A DNA stretch of 40,201 nucleotides from Octopus bimaculoides (taxonomy: Eukaryota): assembly GCF_001194135.2 (NCBI RefSeq), contig NC_068981.1, positions 36,530,912 through 36,571,112 of the forward strand. Direction: 5' to 3'. Position numbers and translations under genes: made by a program. How positions within the stretch are numbered: the first letter of the stretch is position 1; every line of letters starts with the position of its first letter. This document shows positions 35,263 to 40,201 of this stretch, one piece after another. Below the pieces are notes generated by a model. It worked only from the letters and a program-made list of their open reading frames with translations. It searched no databases and was not told the origin of the DNA.

Positions 35263-35513
35263 TACTCAATAGAGCACCTATTTTTTTCTATAGTTGAGAA
35301 GGGCTTAGAGTTTGTGCTTGAATACCTGTTCAATGGGATCAAATTTGAAAAGTTACATAATATTTATAGAGAAAAGATGTTACACATGCACTTTACATTT
35401 GTACTTCTCTCCTATTGCAAATGATTTCTCTTACAACTACACTCCAAATTACTTACTCTTTTCTGTTACATTCTTCAATCCATTCACCCATTCTTGTCTT
35501 TCTGCTGTCATTA

Positions 35514-35613
35514 CTCTCTCTCTCTCTCTCTCTCTTTCTCTCCCTCTCTCTTTCTATCTCTCGCTCTCTCTCACTCTTTCTCTCTCTCTCTTTTTCTCTC
35601 TCTCTCTCTCTCT

Positions 35614-35659
<46 letters not shown>
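35514..35659. repeat. (CT)n-rich tract; (GA)n also at 35223-35258
   Basis: Direct reading. Confidence 0.95.
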
Positions 35660-35781
35660 TGTTCTTTTGTCAGTCATCAGAGCAAGTGAATCAAGGTAAT
35701 TGAATACACTCTATACTCTACACTTTCACTCATCTATTTCTGACCTTTCTGCTACTCTGTCTCTCTCTCTTTCCTATTCCA

Positions 35782-35983
35782 GTCTCCAGCTGGCTATACG
35801 AAATGATCTGTGTCCTTATATTTTCGAACAAGGGAATCTAGCAGAACAATTATTCTGTGATGATGAAGGGAAATAACCCGGAAATCGCGATACACAGATA
35901 TTGTTTTGAGCTGAGTGGGGGTGCTAGATTCCCTTGTTTGAAAATATAAGGACACAGATTATGTTGTATAGCCAGCTGGAGAC
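35782..35983. mobile_element. 62-bp inverted repeat enclosing a hammerhead-like motif (Penelope pLTR inversion or MITE-like element)
   Basis: Arms 35782-35843 and 35922-35983 are 58/62 complementary, with a 78-nt spacer. Confidence 0.85.
35854..35898 (+). ncRNA. Minimal type I hammerhead-like motif with C3-to-A core change
   Basis: TCTGTG-ATGATGA-A-GGG-AAATAA-CCC-G-GAAA-TCGCGA-TA-CACAGA. Perfect 6-bp stem I, GGG/CCC stem II, palindromic stem III ATCGCGAT, AUA triplet. Confidence 0.7.
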
Positions 35984-36359
35984 GATGTCTCCTGGGGCTA
36001 AATTACAGCAACATTCGTCCTAAACCAGGACTGCCATGTTATATTGGCAAACAATCTTTACTCTTTATAGGAAATAATCAAAAAGGGAAATAAAAATGGT
36101 TTTAGCATTTTTCTGCAGTCTGTTCTATAAATATATGTAAAAACATATATGTTTGCATGCGTGCGCGCGCGCGTGCGCGTGTGTGTGTGTGTGTGCGCAT
36201 GTGTGCACTATGTGTGTAGTTTGTAACTAGAAATAATCACACCTCAACAGAATGTCTAAAAAGTTTTAGAACTGGAAATATTTCTTTATTTCTTTTCTCT
36301 CATACATTTTACTTTCTTTGTCAACCTCACTTGCTTTCTCTCCCCACCTCTCTCATTCT

Positions 36360-36393
36360 GTATACATACAGACATATGCACACACACACGCAG

Positions 36394-36426
<33 letters not shown>

Positions 36427-36580
36427 TATATATGTATATATATATATATGTATGTGTGTATATATATATACTTATATATGTGTGTATGTGTGTATATATA
36501 TATATACATATATACATATATATGTGTGTATATATAAATATATATATAAATATATGTATATTTATATATATGTAAATGTG

Positions 36581-36630
<50 letters not shown>

Positions 36631-36665
36631 TATATACAATATATATGTGTGTGTCNNNNNNNNNN

Positions 36666-36731
<66 letters not shown>

Positions 36732-36775
36732 CACACATACACAAATACATATACATATATATGTGTGTGTGGGGG
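36360..36775. repeat. Compound CA/TA microsatellite with 10-N gap at 36656-36665
   Basis: Direct reading. Confidence 0.95.
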
Positions 36776-36829
36776 GTGTATTTCTGTTTGTATATGTAGG
36801 AGTGTGTATGCAAGCTTCATTAAGTTTAG

Positions 36830-37085
36830 TGTCTGATACAGCTACAAACTGTTGAATTGAGAATATTGTACTGGCATGGACCTGAAAGTAATCTTGATGT
36901 TTTCTTTTGTTGATAATATCAACATGTTTCAACAAACCTTTGTTAAAGTGTATCCCAAACTTGACAGCTACTGTCATAGGAATCTTGATGTTCAAATCTT
37001 ATGATCACAAAAAATTCTTGTCATAATGAGTGGCAGGCTTCTTTGTCACTGTGCAATTTCAACTCCTAGGTGTTTAAATGTCAAA
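36830..37085 (-). mobile_element. Probable decayed RTE-like LINE RT fragment
   Basis: Minus-strand remnants TFKHLGVEI (cf. FKYLG) and DIINKRKHQDYFQVH (cf. IIKRRKL.YFGH). Weak. Confidence 0.4.
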
Positions 37086-37310
37086 ATACTAACTTCTTTC
37101 TATATCTATATATCTATATATCTATATATATATATATATACATACATACACACTTCCATATATAGATATATACACACATCATACATATGTGTGTGTGTGT
37201 ATACATATATATCTATATCTATATCTATCTATCTTTCTATCTATATAAGTATTTATGCATGTATGTATGCATGCATACATGTGTGCATATGTGTGTATAT
37301 ATATAATATA

Positions 37311-37970
37311 NNNNNNNNNNNNNNNNNNNNNNNNNNNNNNNNNNNNNNNNNNNNNNNNNNNNNNNNNNNNNNNNNNNNNNNNNNNNNNNNNNNNNNNNNN
37401 NNNNNNNNNNNNNNNNNNNNNNNNNNNNNNNNNNNNNNNNNNNNNNNNNNNNNNNNNNNNNNNNNNNNNNNNNNNNNNNNNNNNNNNNNNNNNNNNNNNN
37501 NNNNNNNNNNNNNNNNNNNNNNNNNNNNNNNNNNNNNNNNNNNNNNNNNNNNNNNNNNNNNNNNNNNNNNNNNNNNNNNNNNNNNNNNNNNNNNNNNNNN
37601 NNNNNNNNNNNNNNNNNNNNNNNNNNNNNNNNNNNNNNNNNNNNNNNNNNNNNNNNNNNNNNNNNNNNNNNNNNNNNNNNNNNNNNNNNNNNNNNNNNNN
37701 NNNNNNNNNNNNNNNNNNNNNNNNNNNNNNNNNNNNNNNNNNNNNNNNNNNNNNNNNNNNNNNNNNNNNNNNNNNNNNNNNNNNNNNNNNNNNNNNNNNN
37801 NNNNNNNNNNNNNNNNNNNNNNNNNNNNNNNNNNNNNNNNNNNNNNNNNNNNNNNNNNNNNNNNNNNNNNNNNNNNNNNNNNNNNNNNNNNNNNNNNNNN
37901 NNNNNNNNNNNNNNNNNNNNNNNNNNNNNNNNNNNNNNNNNNNNNNNNNNNNNNNNNNNNNNNNNNNNNA
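37311..37970. other. Assembly gap (660 N) in TA/CA microsatellite
   Basis: N run. Confidence 0.99.
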
Positions 37971-38059
37971 CATACATATACATATATATATACACACACA
38001 CACACACACATATATATATGCATACGCGCATACACACCTGTGTGTCTATGTGTGTAAAC

Positions 38060-39360
38060 TCTGATTTAACATAGGTTTCCCATCCTAGCATGGGTTGGAT
38101 GGTTTAAGAAGAGCAGGCCAGGAGCTGTACCAGGCTCCATTGTCTATTTTGACCTTGTTTTTCCAGCTGGATGACCTTCCTAACAGCAACTGTTTCAGAG
38201 TGTACTGAGTGGTTTTTACATACTACCAGCACCAGTGCATTTTTATGTGATACCATCAGCGACAGGATAATCAAGTAACTTGCAAAACATAAAAAGCAAA
38301 AACCCCTTAACTAAGAGTGTGGAGTAGTATTGAGGTAGGAGTTGTTTTGTACCAGTTGAGAGATTATAGAGGGACAGAGATAGGTATCCTCCTGCAGCTA
38401 GAAGTACATACCCCAGTTATAAAGGAAAGGAGAGTGAGTTAGAGAGTAGGATAAAAAGAACAATAGTGAGAGAGATGATGGCAAAAATGAGATGGAACAT
38501 ACACTTGAGAGGCTTTAAGGCTTGTGAGAATATGAGATATGTGAAGTGATACAGAGATTTGAACTGGTTGAGTGGGCAGGACAGATATATGAGAGCATTG
38601 ATGATGATAGCAGATAAGCAAGGTATTAATGATGGAGGACAACCCAGCAGGGAGAAGGTGCAAAAAGGAGGTAATTGATGGAGACAGTAGGGAAAGATAA
38701 TGGGAAATGGAAATAGTTTGGGGTGGAGAAGAGAGGTAACTGAGAAAGCTGGGGGATGTAGTATGTGCCTATTCTGCTCTCAGGTGATAAAGGAATGATG
38801 GGTGTTAGATGATGAAACAGTTGGGAGAAAGAATAACAGGGCAGAGCCTCTCATGGGCTAGCATTATCAATGTGGCTTTAGGATATCAATTTTGCTGTGG
38901 TGACCAGGTTTTCTTGAGTCCAGCAAGGTACTTGATAGCTCAGTCCTTTGTCATCTCCTTTGTAAGGCTCAGCATCTTTAGACTGGTCTTCAATACTTCA
39001 TCCAAATGTCTTGGGTTTCTCTCTACCACAATTTCCTTCCACTTTAAGTGGTAGGTGTTTTTTCATGCAACTATCCTCATTCATATGCATCACATGACCA
39101 AACCAGCACAGTCTTTTTGTCTGCAGACTGCCTCCAATTCCTCTTATGCCTAACTTTTCTTTCAATACACTGGCACTCTGTCACACATGTACACTGATAT
39201 TGCATATCCAGTGGAGCCTTATACAATGAGATGGGAGACAGACACTGAGGATCCCTAATTCTTCATCAGTTATCAACCAAAATGGTAATACTCAGTTTCG
39301 CACCATGAATGATAAGACTGGGAACTTCCCATACTGGTGGGGCCTGCAAAAATTACAGAA
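38060..39360 (-). mobile_element. RTE LINE 3' fragment with long C/T-rich 3' UTR
   Basis: 39200-38900 reads LKEKLGIRGIGGSLQTKRLCWFGHVMHMNEDSCMK, the same family as 31741-31959. Tail at 38060-38260 (CCCATCCTAGCATGGGTTGGATGG...GGATGACCTTCCTAAC). Confidence 0.82.
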
Positions 39361-39644
39361 AATGTCAGGCCTCAAGTAAACAAAACAACATAGAGTGGAC
39401 ATACAAAAGTAAAAAACATGTAATTAAGATGATGGACAAAGATGAAATAAATAGGAAATGAGCAAAATACAGCCTTAGGGCCAAAAAAAACAAAAATGAT
39501 GAGTAAAACTTAAAAGAAATCCTAAAGGATATGGAAATAGCAAGAGGAAAAATATTTTGCAACTGAATTACTGGGCGGCTGGTGTGAAAAAGGAAGGGAA
39601 TGAAGAAAAGCTGGCCATGGGTCATGTGTCAGAAGCAGGTAGAG

Positions 39645-39648
<4 letters not shown>

Positions 39649-39696
<48 letters not shown>
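39649..39696. repeat. (GA)n microsatellite
   Basis: Direct reading. Confidence 0.97.
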
Positions 39697-39702
<6 letters not shown>

Positions 39703-40145
39703 GAGAGAAAATAAAGAGAGAAAATAAAGAGAGAATAATGGAAGAAATGAAAGAAAAAAGAAGAAAGGCTACAAATACGAGTGAGAGGGCAAGAGAGAGA
39801 AAAATAAGGGAAAATGGACATATATAATATGTATGTATGTATATGTATATGTATATGTATATAGGAATCACAGAGATTTGAAGCATCAAACAGATCTCAC
39901 ATTAAGCTCTCTGCAAAGTGCATAGCTAGCATGAATGACTGTAATTGATGTTAGGATTAACCTTCACATTGTTTTGAAAATCCAGGGGATACAATAATAA
40001 AGAATGCATACAAATAAAACATATAAGAGAAGTGAGGTGATCGAATAGATGTTTATTCCATTAGTTTACAACTGTTTCATAATCTTGGTAGTTATATTAA
40101 TAGATATTATATCAACATTAATATGCATATAAAGTATACATATAA

Positions 40146-40201
<56 letters not shown>

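Noticed and set aside
782-38091. Long ORFs containing X, YI, CV, ER, SL or HT runs
   Set aside because: Translations of microsatellites and N gaps.

Overview
AT-rich, microsatellite-dense animal genomic DNA with five assembly gaps. The repeat families recognisable by eye (tRNA-headed SINEs, RTE LINE tails ending in (GAT)n, mariners) point to an octopus (coleoid cephalopod) genome; that assignment is an inference from pattern recognition, not a database hit. No complete protein-coding gene is visible, and almost all ORFs in the supplied track are artefacts of microsatellites, N runs or antisense transposon sequence. The window looks intronic or intergenic, with a few possible short + strand exons (best: 8634-8716). 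It is tiled by decayed mobile elements: three Tc1/mariner remnants, RTE, CR1/L2-like, R2-group (REL) and Penelope-like (GIY-YIG) retroelement fragments, and at least three SINE families. The most interesting signal is four hammerhead-ribozyme-like motifs of the Penelope minimal type (164-241, 6306-6346, 19206-19241, 35854-35898), each with a different palindromic or near-palindromic stem III. One of them sits in the loop of a 62-bp inverted repeat. The second signal is repeated nesting of other elements into the internal TA/CA linker of one SINE family, which produces long inverted pairs able to form dsRNA.
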